Shown: piece by piece, positions 35,201 to 46,191 of the stretch | How positions within the stretch are numbered: the stretch's first letter is position 1 | How the letters are laid out: each line of letters opens with the position of its first letter | From: Cyanophora paradoxa CCMP329 | Taxonomy: Eukaryota; Plantae; Glaucophyta | DNA length: 64,000 bases | Direction: 5' to 3' | Assembly (NCBI GenBank): GCA_004431415.1 | Contig: QPMI01000494.1 | Span: 62,001-126,000, forward strand | Position numbers and translations under genes: made by a program | Notes under the pieces: model-generated | Databases searched by the model: none | The model's input: only the letters and a program-made list of their open reading frames with translations | Told to the model about the DNA's origin: nothing

Positions 35201-38200
35201 CATTGAGTGTTCTTGCAATGGTTTTATCAATCGTCGGAGCGTCGGCTGTGCCAGCGTCGACGTCGCGATCGACGGCCGGCTGCACGGATCGGATTCTTTT
35301 TTCAAGTGGCTTGGGTTAAGAAGTGAGAGCTTCAGCCGACCTTGCATTAAGAGCACATGTACATGCAATTGCAATATAAATCGTTCGAGCATCGGCCGTC
35401 CCTGCGTCGCGATCGGCGGCCGGCTGCGCGGATCGGATTCTTTATTCTAGTGGCTCGGGTTCGGATATGAGAGCTTCAGCGAACGCTGTATTGAGAACCA
35501 TTGCAATTACAATATAACTCGTTGGGGCGTTGGCTGTCACAGTGTCCCCATGTCGCGATCGACAGCCGGCTGCGCGGATCGGATTCTTAACTCTTGTGGC
35601 TCGGGTTCTTACCTCTTGTGGCTCGGGTTCAGAAATGAGAGCTTCGGCCAAACCTGCACTTAGAGCACATGCAATCGCAATATTAATCGACGGAGCTCCC
35701 GGCGTCCCCGCTTTGCGATCGGCGGCTGGCTGCAATGATCTAATCTTTAATTACAGTTGCTTGAGCTGGGGTGGAGATCTTAAGCTTCAGCCGACCCTGC
35801 ATCCAGTGCAACTGCAGTTGCCAAGCTGCAATATATTTAAATCGTTGGAGCGTCGGCCGTCCCTGTGTCGCAATCAGCAGCCGGCTGCACGGATCGGATT
35901 CCTTATTCAAGTGGCTTGGGTTCGGAAGTGAGAGCGTCAGCCGACCCTGCATTTAGTGCACTTGCAATCGTAATATTATTGGCGGAGTTCCCGGCGTTGC
36001 TGCGTCGCGATTACGGCCGGCTGCGCGGATCGGATTCTTAATTCAAGGGGCTCGTGTTCGAAATTGGGAGCTTCAGCCGCTTCGGCATTGAGTGTACTTG
36101 CATTGATTTAATCAATCGTCGGAGCGTCAGCTGTGCCAGCCAGCATCGACGTCGCGATCGACGGTTGGCTGCGCGGATCGGATTATAAATAATAGTGGCT
36201 CGGGTTCGGGAATGAGAGCTTCAGCCGGCCTTGCATTTAGAGCACATGCAATTTCAATATAACTCGTTGGGCGTCTGCTGTCCCCATGTCGCGATCGGCA
36301 GCCGGCTGCGCGGATCGGATTCTTAACTCTTGTGGCTCGGGTTCAGAAATGAGTGCTTCGGCCGACCCTGCACTTAGAGCACATGCAATTGCAATATTAA
36401 TCGACGGAGCTCCCGGCGTCCCCACTTTGCGATCGGCGGCTGGCTGCAATGATCTAATCTTTAATTACAGTTGCTTGAGTTGGGGTGGAGATCTTAAGCT
36501 TCAGCCGACCCTGCATTCAGTGCAACTGCAGTTGCCAAGCTGCAATATTTTTAAATCGTTGGAGCGTCGGCCGTCCCTGTGTCGCAATCAGCAGCCGGCT
36601 GCACGGATCGGATTCTTTATTCAAGTGGCTTGGGTTCGGAAGTGAGAGCGTCAGCCGACCCTGCATTTAGTGCACTTGCAATTGTAATATTATTGGCGGA
36701 GCTCCCGGCGTTGCTGCAGCTGCGTCGCGATCGACGGCCGGCTGCGCGGATCGATCTCTTAATTCTAGGGGCTCGTGTTCGAAATTGAGAGCTTAAACGG
36801 ATTCGGCATTGAGTGTTCTTGCAATGATTTTATCAATCGTCGGAGCGTCGGCTGTGCCAGCGTCGACGTCGCGATCGACGGCCGGGTGCACGGATCGGAT
36901 TCTTTATTCAAGTGGCTTGGGTTAAGAAGTGAGAGCTTCAGCCGACCTTGCATTTAGAGCACATGTACATGCAATTGCAATATAAATCGTTCGAGCATCG
37001 GCCGTCCCTGCGTCGCGATCGGCGGCCGGCTGCGCGGATCGGATTCGTTATTCTAGTGGCTCGAGTTCGGATATGAGAGCTTCAGCGAACGCTGTATTGA
37101 GAACCATTGCAATTACAATATAACTCGTTGGGGCGTTGGCTGTCACAGTGTCCCCATGTCGCGATCGACAGCCGGCTGCGCGGATCGGATTCTTAACTCT
37201 TGTGGCTCGGGTTCAGAAATGAGAGCTTCGGCCAAACCTGCACTTAGAGCACATGCAATCGCAATATTAATCGACGGAGCTCCCGGCGTCCCCGCTTTGC
37301 GATCGGCGGCCGGCTGCAATGATCTTTAATTACAGTTGCTGGAGTTCGGGGTGGAGATCTTAAGCTTCAGCCGACCCTGCATTCTGTGCAACTGCAGTTG
37401 CCAAGCTGCAATATATTTAAATCGTTGGAGCGTCGGCCGTCCCTGTGTCGCAATGAGCAGCCGGCTGCACGGATCGGATTCTTAATTCTAGGGGCTCGTG
37501 TTCGAAATTGAGAGCTTAAACTGATTCGGCATTGAGTGTACTTGCAATGGTTTTTTCAATCGTCGGAGCGTCGGCTGTGCCAGCGTCGACGTCGCGATCG
37601 ACGGCCGGCTGCACGGATCGGATTCTTTATTCAAGTGGCTTGGGTTAAGAAGTGAGAGCTTCAGCCGACCTTGCATTTAGAGCACATGCAATTGCAATAT
37701 AAATCGTTCAGGCATCGGCCGTCCCTGCGTCGCGATCGGCGGCCGGCTGCGCGGATCGGATTCGTTATTCTAGTGGCTCGAGTTCGGATATGAGAGCTTC
37801 AGCGAACGCTGTATTGAGTGCAATTGCAATTGCAATATAACTCGTTGGGGCGTCGGCTGTCACAGTGTCCCCATGTCGCGATCGACAGCCGGCTGCGCGG
37901 ATCGGATTCTTAACTCTTGTGGCTCTAGATCTGCTTCAGAAATGAGAGCTTCAGACGACCCTGCATTTAGAGCACATGCAATTGCAATATTAATCGACGG
38001 AGCTCCCGGCGTCCCCACTTTGCGATCGGCGGCCGGCTGCAATGATCTAATCTTTAATTACAGTTGCTTGAGTTGGGGGTGGAGATCTTAAGCTTCAGCC
38101 GACCCTGCATATAGTGCAACTTCGGTTGCAATATATATCGTTGGAGCGTCGGCCGTCCCTGTGTCGCAATCAGCAGCCGGCTGCACGGATCGGATTCTTT

Positions 38201-41200
38201 ATTCAAGTGGCTTGGGTTCGGAAGTGAGAGCGTCAGCCGACCCTGCATTTAGTGCACTTGCAATTGTAATATTATTGGCGGAGCTCCCGGCGTTGCTGCG
38301 TCGCGATCGACGGCCGGCTGCGCGGATCGGATTCTTAATTCTAGGGGCTCATGTTCGAAATTGAGAGCTGAAGCTGATTCTGCATTTGGTTGCAATATAT
38401 TTAAATCGTTGGAGCGTCGGCCGTCCCTGTGTCGCAATCAGCAGCCGGCTGCACGGATCGGATTCTTTATTCAAGTGGCTTGGGTTCGGAAGTGAGAGCG
38501 TCAGCCGACCCTGCATTTAGTGCACTTGCAATTGTAATATTATTGGCGGAGCTCCCGGCGTTGCTGCGTCGCGATCGACAGCCGGCTGCGCGGATCGGAT
38601 TCTTAACTCTTGTGGCTCGGGTTCAGAAATGAGAGCTTCGGCCAAACCTGCACTTAGAGCACATGCAATCGCAATATTAATCGACGGAGCTCCGGCGTCC
38701 CCGCTTTGCGATCGGCGGCCGGCTGCAATGATCTTTAATTACAGCTGCTGGAGTTCGGGTGGAGATCTTAAGCTTCAGCCGACCCTGCATTCTGTGCAAC
38801 TGCAGTTGCCAAGTTGCAATATATTTAAATCGTTGGAGCGTCGGCCGTCCCTGTGTCGCAATCAGCAGCCGGCTGCACGGATCGGATTCTTTATTCAAGT
38901 GGCTTGGGTTCGGAAGTGAGAGCGTCAGCCGACCCTGCATTCAGTGCACTTGCAATTGTAATATTATTGGCGGAGCTCCCGGCGTTGCTGCAGCTGCGTC
39001 GCGATCGACGGCCGGCTGCGCGGATCGATCTCTTAATTCTAGGGCTCGTGTTCGAAATTGAGAGCTTAAACTGATTCGGCATTGAGTGTACTTGCAATGA
39101 TTTTATCAATCGTCGGAGCGTCGGCTGTGCCAGCGTCGACGTCGCGATCGACGGCCGGCTGCACGTATCGGATTCTTTATTCAAGTGGCTTGGGTTAAGA
39201 AGTGAGAGCTTCAGCCGACCTTGCATTTAGAGCACATGCAATTGCAATATAAATCGTTCAGGCATCGGCCGTCCCTGCGTCGCGATCGGCGGGCGGCTGC
39301 GCGGATCGGATTCTTTATTCTAGTGGCTCGAGTTCGGATATGAGAGCTTCAGCGAACGCTGTATTGAGAACCATTAAAGCATTGCAATTGCAATATAACT
39401 CGTTGGGGCGTCGGCTGTCACAGTGTCCCCATGTCGCGATCGACAGCCGGCTGCGCGGATCGGATTCTTAACTCTTGTGGCTCGGGTTCAGAAATGAGAG
39501 CTTCGGCCAAACCTGCACTTAGAGCACATGCAATCGCAATATTAATCGACGGAGCTCCCGGCGTCCCCGCTTTGCGATCGGCGGCCGGCTGCAATGATCA
39601 AATCTTTAATTACAGTTGCTTGAGTTGGGGGTGGAGATCTTAAGCTTCAGCCGACCCTGCATATAGTGCAACTTCGGTTGCAATATAAATCGTTGGAGCG
39701 TCGGCCGTCCCTGTGTCGCAATCAGCAGCCGGCTGCACGGATCGGATTCTTTATTCAAGTGGCTTGGGTTCGGAAGTGAGAGCGTCAGCCGACCCTGCAT
39801 TTAGTGCACTTGCAATTGTAATATTATTGGCGGAGCTCCCGGCGTTGCTGCGTCGCGATCGACGGCCGGCTGCGCGGATCGGATTCTTAATTCTAGGGGC
39901 TCATGTTCGAAATTGAGAGCTGAAGCTGATTCTGCATTTGGTTGCAATATATTTAAATCGTTGGAGCGTCGGCCGTCCCTGTGTCGCAATCAGCAGCCGG
40001 CTGCACGGATCGGATTCTTTATTCAAGTGGCTTGGGTTCGGAAGTGAGAGCGTCAGCCGACCCTGCATTTAGTGCACTTGCAATTGTAATATTATTGGCG
40101 GAGCTCCCGGCGTTGCTGCGTCGCGATCGACAGCCGGCTGCGCGGATCGGATTCTTAACTCTTGTGGCTCGGGTTCAGAAATGAGAGCTTCGGCCAAACC
40201 TGCACTTAGAGCACATGCAATCGCAATATTAATCGACGGAGCTCCCGGCGTCCCCGCTTTGCGATCGGCGGCCGGCTGCAATGATCTTTAATTACAGCTG
40301 CTGGAGTTCGGGGTGGAGATCTTAAGCTTCAGCCGACCCTGCATTCTGTGCAACTGCAGTTGCCAAGTTGCAATATATTTAAATCGTTGGAGCGTCGGCC
40401 GTCCCTGTGTCGCAATCAGCAGCCGGCTGCACGGATCGGATTCTTTATTCAAGTGGCTTGGGTTCGGAAGTGAGAGCGTCAGCCGACCCTGCATTCAGTG
40501 CACTTGCAATTGTAATATTATTGGCGGAGCTCCCGGCGTTGCTGCAGCTGCGTCGCGATCGACGGCCGGCTGCGCGGATCGATCTCTTAATTCTAGGGGC
40601 TCGTGTTCGAAATTGAGAGCTTAAACTGATTCGGCATTGAGTGTACTTGCAATGATTTTATCAATCGTCGGAGCGTCGGCTGTGCCAGCGTCGACGTCGC
40701 GATCGACGGCCGGCTGCACGGATCGGATTCTTTATTCAAGTGGCTTGGGTTAAGAAGTGAGAGCTTCAGCCGACCTTGCATTTAGAGCACATGCAATTGC
40801 AATATAAATCGTTCAGGCATCGGCCGTCCCTGCGTCGCGATCGGCGGCCGGCTGCGCGGATCGGATTCTTTATTCTAGTGGCTCGAGTTCGGATATGAGA
40901 GCTTCAGCGAACGCTGTATTGAGAACCATTAAAGCATTGCAATTGCAATATAACTCGTTGGGGCGTCGGCTGTCACAGTGTCCCCATGTCGCGATCGACA
41001 GCCGGCTGCGCGGATCGGATTCTTAACTCTTGTGGCTCGGGTTCAGAAATGAGAGCTTCGGCCAAACCTGCACTTAGAGCACATGCAATCGCAATATTAA
41101 TCGACGGAGCTCCCGGCGTCCCGCTTTGCGATCGGCGGCCGGCTGCAATGATCAAATCTTTAATTACAGTTGCTGGAGTTCGGGGTGGAGATCTTAAGCT

Positions 41201-41868
41201 TCAGCCGACCCTGCATTCTGTGCAACTGCAGTTGCCAAGCTGCAATATATTTAAATCGTTGGAGCGTCGGCCGTCCCTGTGTCGCAATCAGCAGCCGGCT
41301 GCACGGATCGGATTCTTTATTCAAGTGGCTTGGGTTCGGAAGTGAGAGCGTCAGCCGACCCTGCATTTAGTGCACCTGCAATTGTAATATTATTGGCGGA
41401 GCTCCCGGCGTTGCTGCAGCTGCGTCGCGATCGACGGCCGGCTGCGCGGATCGGATTCTTAATTCTAGGGGCTCGTGTTCGAAATTGAGAGCTTAAACTG
41501 ATTCGGCATTGAGTGTACTTGCAATGATTTTATCAATCGTCGGAGCGTCGGCTGTGCCAGCGTCGACGTCGCGATCGACGGCCGGCTGCACGGATCGGAT
41601 TCTTTTTTCAAGTGGCTTGGGTTAAGAAGTGAGAGCTTCAGCCGACCTTGCATTTAGAGCACATGTACATGCAATTGCAATATAAATCGTTCGAGCATCG
41701 GCCGTCCCTGCGTCGCGATCGGCGGCCGGCTGCGCGGATCGGATTCTTTATTCTAGTGGCTCGGGTTCGGATATGAGAGCTTCAGCGAACGCTGTATTGA
41801 GAACCATTGCAATTACAATATAACTCGTTGCAATTGGGGCGTCGGCTGTCACAGTGTCCCCATGTCGC
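20211..41868. repeat. ~21.6-kb higher-order satellite array; monomers 137-150 bp, about six monomer types
   Basis: The cagccgaccctgcat anchor recurs at 20774, 20924, 21061, 21205 (150+137+144 = 431-bp trimer). Higher-order periods are ~3331 bp (20.2-26.9 kb), 712 bp (~33.7-34.4 kb) and 1552 bp (38.0-41.1 kb). No frame stays open across units. Confidence 0.95.
28678..30371 (-). mobile_element. 1,694-bp non-autonomous Helitron/Helitron2-type element inserted in the satellite
   Basis: Splits a monomer cleanly at gcaata|ttaatcg (A|T) with no TSD. On the minus strand it starts TTGCAAG and ends hairpin + CTAG. Perfect 13-bp asymmetric inverted repeats at 28711-28723 and 30358-30370. Second hairpin at 30334-30365. 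Internal ~170-bp tandem duplication at 28801-29139. Confidence 0.85.
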
Positions 41869-42241
41869 TATCCATGCCACGTTCTTTCGCTCGACGGGCT
41901 CCCGCTTCCGGGGATCCCTGCACGCGTGGCGAAGACTCGGCCGCGCTCCCCGCTTCTGACCGGTCCTGTTATATACGTACCCCTCAGTACGAACGACCGT
42001 GCCCGACGGTCGTTCGTTCACATAAGCCCTACCCCTCACGATCCCATTTATCCTACTTCGATCGCATTACTAAAGTTATCGAAGTATCGTACCCACGGGT
42101 AACCTTCCCCTTTACCCATCCATCCCTAGTCCCTAGTCTCATCCCCATCCATCGTAAAATTAATCGAAGTATCGTACCCACGGGTACCCGGTAACCTTCC
42201 CCTTTACCCATCCCCTATGCATGAAAATTGTCTCAAGTCTA

Positions 42242-42605
42242 TTTTTTTTTTTTTGGTGAATTACCGGCCACAGTCTCTAGACACCAGCACTGCGGGGGCT
42301 GCCCAGGGGGCATAGAGACAAAATAGCAAAATAACTAAGACAAGAGCACGAAGAAAGATAAGACAAAGAGCCAAAATCGACAATAAAAAAGGAAAGACAC
42401 AGAGCTCGAGACAGATCGATTGCGAGAAGAGACGATAAATCGAGCAGATCTAGGGACAGAGGATAACTGACACGAAGAAGAGCCAGAGCTAGAGGATAAC
42501 TGACACGAAGAAGAGCCAGAGCTAGAGATACCATCAATATCAGAAGGAATTACATCACTAAGAAGCGGGGGACAAAATTGAGAAAGATAAATAACAGGAA
42601 GAAGA
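42242..42605 (-). mobile_element. 364-bp 5'-truncated poly(A) retro-insertion (family B) with 8-bp TSD
   Basis: T13 tail. TSD caagtcta at 42234-42241 and 42606-42613. First 78 bp identical to 17738-17815. Internal 33-bp tandem duplication (gaggataactgacacgaagaagagccagagcta). Confidence 0.9.
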
Positions 42606-44699
42606 CAAGTCTAGATCTCTAGATCTAGCTTAATTAGAGCCTTAGACTACCTACGTGTTACCCGGTAAACAAAAATGGCAATGCGCATATCGTGCCGGGT
42701 AGCCATGGCCAGTAGGTCTAATTACAATTACCCGTTTCCCAGGACCTGATTCAGACCCGAGGCTGCACTGCCACGGGGCAGGACTGTTTATACTAGCCAG
42801 TGTTAGGGAATCCATGGCATTCAACGATTGGCAGTCATCAACTCATATGAAGGCTTGAAGACCAGTCGTTCGCGGACTCTCGACCTTCGAAAACACTTGA
42901 AGACCAATGCTGGCATTGCCTGGCAATGCCGCAGTGCCGGGCCACTGCCGGCACTGCCGGGGCGGAAATTGCCGCGGAATTTGCATTACGAAATTTTACT
43001 ACCGGTAAGTTAAGTTGATTTAGCCTATCAGGAGTCACGTGTCTCGGTGTTGTAACCCGAATCGTCGAACTGCGGAACTTCGACGTCGACTGCGATCGCG
43101 AGTCTGTGACTCGGAGACTCAAGAGTCACTGAGTCTGGCAGTGTCGTCGACTCGCGGCGAGTTTGTGAGTCAGCACTGACTCAGCAGTCACTGATGAGTA
43201 ACATGATACTAACATCTCAGTAGTACTAGTACGTAGAGTCAGTACGCAATTGCAATGACTACCGTAGAGTCGGCGTAGACTGGTCCGTAGTAAGCTGCTG
43301 TAAGCATGCCCGGTGCCGCGGCATGCGGCACTGCGGCAGCTGCAGCCTGCAGGCCGCAGGCCTAGGCCCGCCTGGCCCGCAGGGCCGCAGCCTGCAGCCC
43401 GGGACGGGCCCGTCCGACGGTCGAACTCGGAAGCCCGATATCATAGTATCGATCCCCAGCCTGGATCCCAGCTGCAGGGGCCGGGCCAGGTCCGAATCCT
43501 GATCACCGTGGCACGATCGCCTGCGCCGCGGGCCGGTGGCCGCCGGGAGGATCGATATCGCAAGTCGGCAACGTTGACGTGCGCGGCTGCTTTCAAAGTT
43601 TAGCCTAATAGATCTGCGGCACAGAGCTAGAGACAGATCCTGCGGCCGCGGCTAGCGCTGCGCATGCGGAAACACGCTTGACCCTATTTTGGGGCGATTT
43701 CCTCATTCGGAGCACGCGGCACCGTGGCACTGAATTACAAAAGCATCGGTATGCACATGGCGAGCCGGGTCTTGTCTCGCATCCGCAGCTTTGGCCGCAA
43801 GCCGCCCACGCCAGCCACCGGAGCCGACTGCGAAGCTGCCCTTTCCGGCCCCCAGCCCGCCACCTTGGCCTCAGCTTTGCCTCTAGATCTGCAGATGCGA
43901 CTGGAGCAGAACTCGCGATCAGCGGGCTCGAGCTCGCCGGGAGCGCATGCGTGCAGCTGTAACGTTAACGAGCGCTGCTCGAGCTCTGTAGATGTCACTC
44001 ACGCCCTGGCCATGGGCTGTCAACATTATGCATATGATCAAATAACAGTCACAGTGAGGGGCCCCTATGGTCGGATTTAAGGAAATGCATTTTTATTATC
44101 CTGCGGCGAAAGAGATGTCTAGGGGGGAGTACCGCACACTTCCGGCGCACGTCCCAATCTTCAGCAGCGCCGCACCGGGAGAGCACAGAGCATGCATCGG
44201 AAGCACCAGCCGGGTAGCCGGGCGCTCTGGCTAGCTCCCCGGCGGCCCCGCCACCGACCGACCCGACATCATGCCTTCGGCGCGGTCGCACGCCCCGCGC
44301 GGCGAGCCTGGCCTAGTCTGGCCACTGGATTAGTTGTATACATGTTACAGCCGGCCCGTAGCTAGCTACAGCCAGCACCGCGGACGCTCCGCGCCTTGCG
44401 AACGGCCGACCTGCGCGGCTTCGGTGACTGCGGGCGATCCGTCGCTCCCGATGTCGCTGTATCGCTTCCGAAGGTGACACGTGCATGCTAGTACGTGTAT
44501 ACAATGCTCAACTAGCGTTTGCGGTTCGCTGGCAGCACCTCCTCTGACGCAGCCGGAGTGTGCTCGGGAGAGCGCGGGGCGCTTCGCGGGGGCGAGCGTG
44601 GTGCGGTGCCATCATGCGGGGAAGCGTTCTGCACAACTAAGAGCATCGTTTGTAATCGCAGAACAAGTCCGCACTCGCTGGCGCGGCGCGCCGCTGTCC

Positions 44700-45790
44700 G
44701 CGGCGCCGCCAGCCCACGCTCCCCCGCGCCCCCCGCCCGTCCGCCGCGCGCCCCGCCGCAGGAGCCCGCACCGGGTCGCCCTCGAGCGCCTCGGACGCGA
44801 GGGGACGAGGCCGCGACGCCGCCGACGCCTTCCGCCGCCGCCGAGCCCGCCCGTGCAGCCCGCCCGCGCCCGCCGCGCGCCGCCGCGCGCCCCGCCGCAG
44901 GAGTCCGCGCCGGGCCACCCCGAGCGCCGCGGACGCGAGGGGACGAGGCCGCGACGCCGCCGACGCCTTCCGCCGCCGCCGAGCCCGCCGTGCAGCCCCG
45001 CCGCGCCCGCCGCGCGCCCGCCGCGCGCCCCGCCGCAGGAGTCCGCGCCGGGCCACCCCGAGCGCCTCGGACGCGAGGGACGAGGCCGCGACGCCGCCGA
45101 CGCCTTCCGCCGCCGCCGAGCCCGCCGTGCAGCCCCGCCCGCGCCCGCCGCGCGCCCGCCGCTCGCCCCGCCGCAGGAGTCCGCGCCGGGCCACCCCGAG
45201 CGCCTCGGACGCGAGGGACGAGGCCGCGACGCCGCCGACGCCTTCCGCCGCCGCCGAGCCCGCCCGTGCAGCCCGCCCGCGCCCGCCGCGCGCCCGCCGC
45301 GCGCCCCGCCGCAGGAGTCCGCGCCGGGCCACCCCGAGCGCCTCGGACGCGAGGGACGAGGCCGCGACGCCGCCGACGCCTTCCGCCGCCGCCGAGCCCG
45401 CCCGTGCAGCCCCGCCCGCGCCGCCGCGCGCCCGCCGCGCGCCCCGCCACAGGAGTCCGCGCCGGGCCACCCCGAGCGCCTCGGACGCGAGGGACGAGGC
45501 CGCGACGCCGCCGACGCCTTCCGCCGCCGCCGAGCCGCCCGTGCAGCCCCGCCCGCGCTCGCCGCGCGCCCGCCGCGCGCCCCGCCACAGGAGTCCGCGC
45601 CGGGCCACCCCGAGCGCCGCGGACGCGAGGGACGAGGTCGCAACGCCGCGACGCCTTTTCCGCCGCCGCCGAGCCCGCCCGTGCAGCTCCGCCCGCGCCC
45701 GCCGCGCGCCCGCCGCGCGCCCCGCCGCAGGAGGCCGCGCGGCGCCGCCGCCGGGCGCCCCGGACGCGAGGGGGCGAGGCCAGGATGCGG
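44700..45790. repeat. Extremely GC-rich minisatellite, 138-bp unit, about 8 copies
   Basis: gagtccgcgccgggccaccccgagcgcc starts at 44901, 45039, 45177, 45315, 45453 and 45591 (138-bp spacing). Confidence 0.95.
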
Positions 45791-46079
45791 CCGACGCCGC
45801 AGCTTAGTCTCAGAGGCCGCGAGCGCTCTATTAAGCCTATATTTTGTTTCAAAAGCATGTAAATGACTTATATTCTGTGCCCTGAGCGCTGCATGCAACT
45901 GGGCGCGCGAGGATCAATCAGGAGGCATCTGGGCCCAATTTCCAGTAGTTCTTGAATACCGACCCAGGCTTTGATCGGCGGCCTTCGGTACCGCCACCAT
46001 CGTCTTCAGCACCTTCGAAAACCCCGGGGACGTGAAATCGCCACTTGTGAGTGAGTTGATGCTTCAATAAGGCATCATG

Positions 46080-46191
46080 AGCACGTCGGGGTGGCATTTT
46101 GAAACTTGAAAACTGAAAAGTTCCAGAGAGGGTCCTACGAGCAAAGTTCAAAACACCGGTCGGGCCCAAAAACACTTCGGATCACCCTGTA
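46080..46191 (-). mobile_element. Possible solo Tc1/mariner-like terminus
   Basis: Minus strand reads TA-CAGGGTGATCCGAAG from 46191, followed ~90 bp inside by an ATG (MPPRRAHDALLKH...). No partner terminal repeat found. Confidence 0.25.

Noticed and set aside
20211-41868. The many 60-250 aa ORFs in the array as a giant repeat protein, or the array as a CRISPR-like locus
   Set aside because: The 431-bp trimer and 137-bp monomer break frame, stops recur in every unit, and no consistent donor/acceptor pair restores a frame. All monomers are homologous along their length, so there are no unique spacers, and no cas genes are present.
44481-45898. ORFs of 220-460 aa overlapping on both strands
   Set aside because: Artefact of a near stop-free, very GC-rich 138-bp minisatellite. 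The translations are R/A/P/G low-complexity, and single-base indels between units shift the frame.
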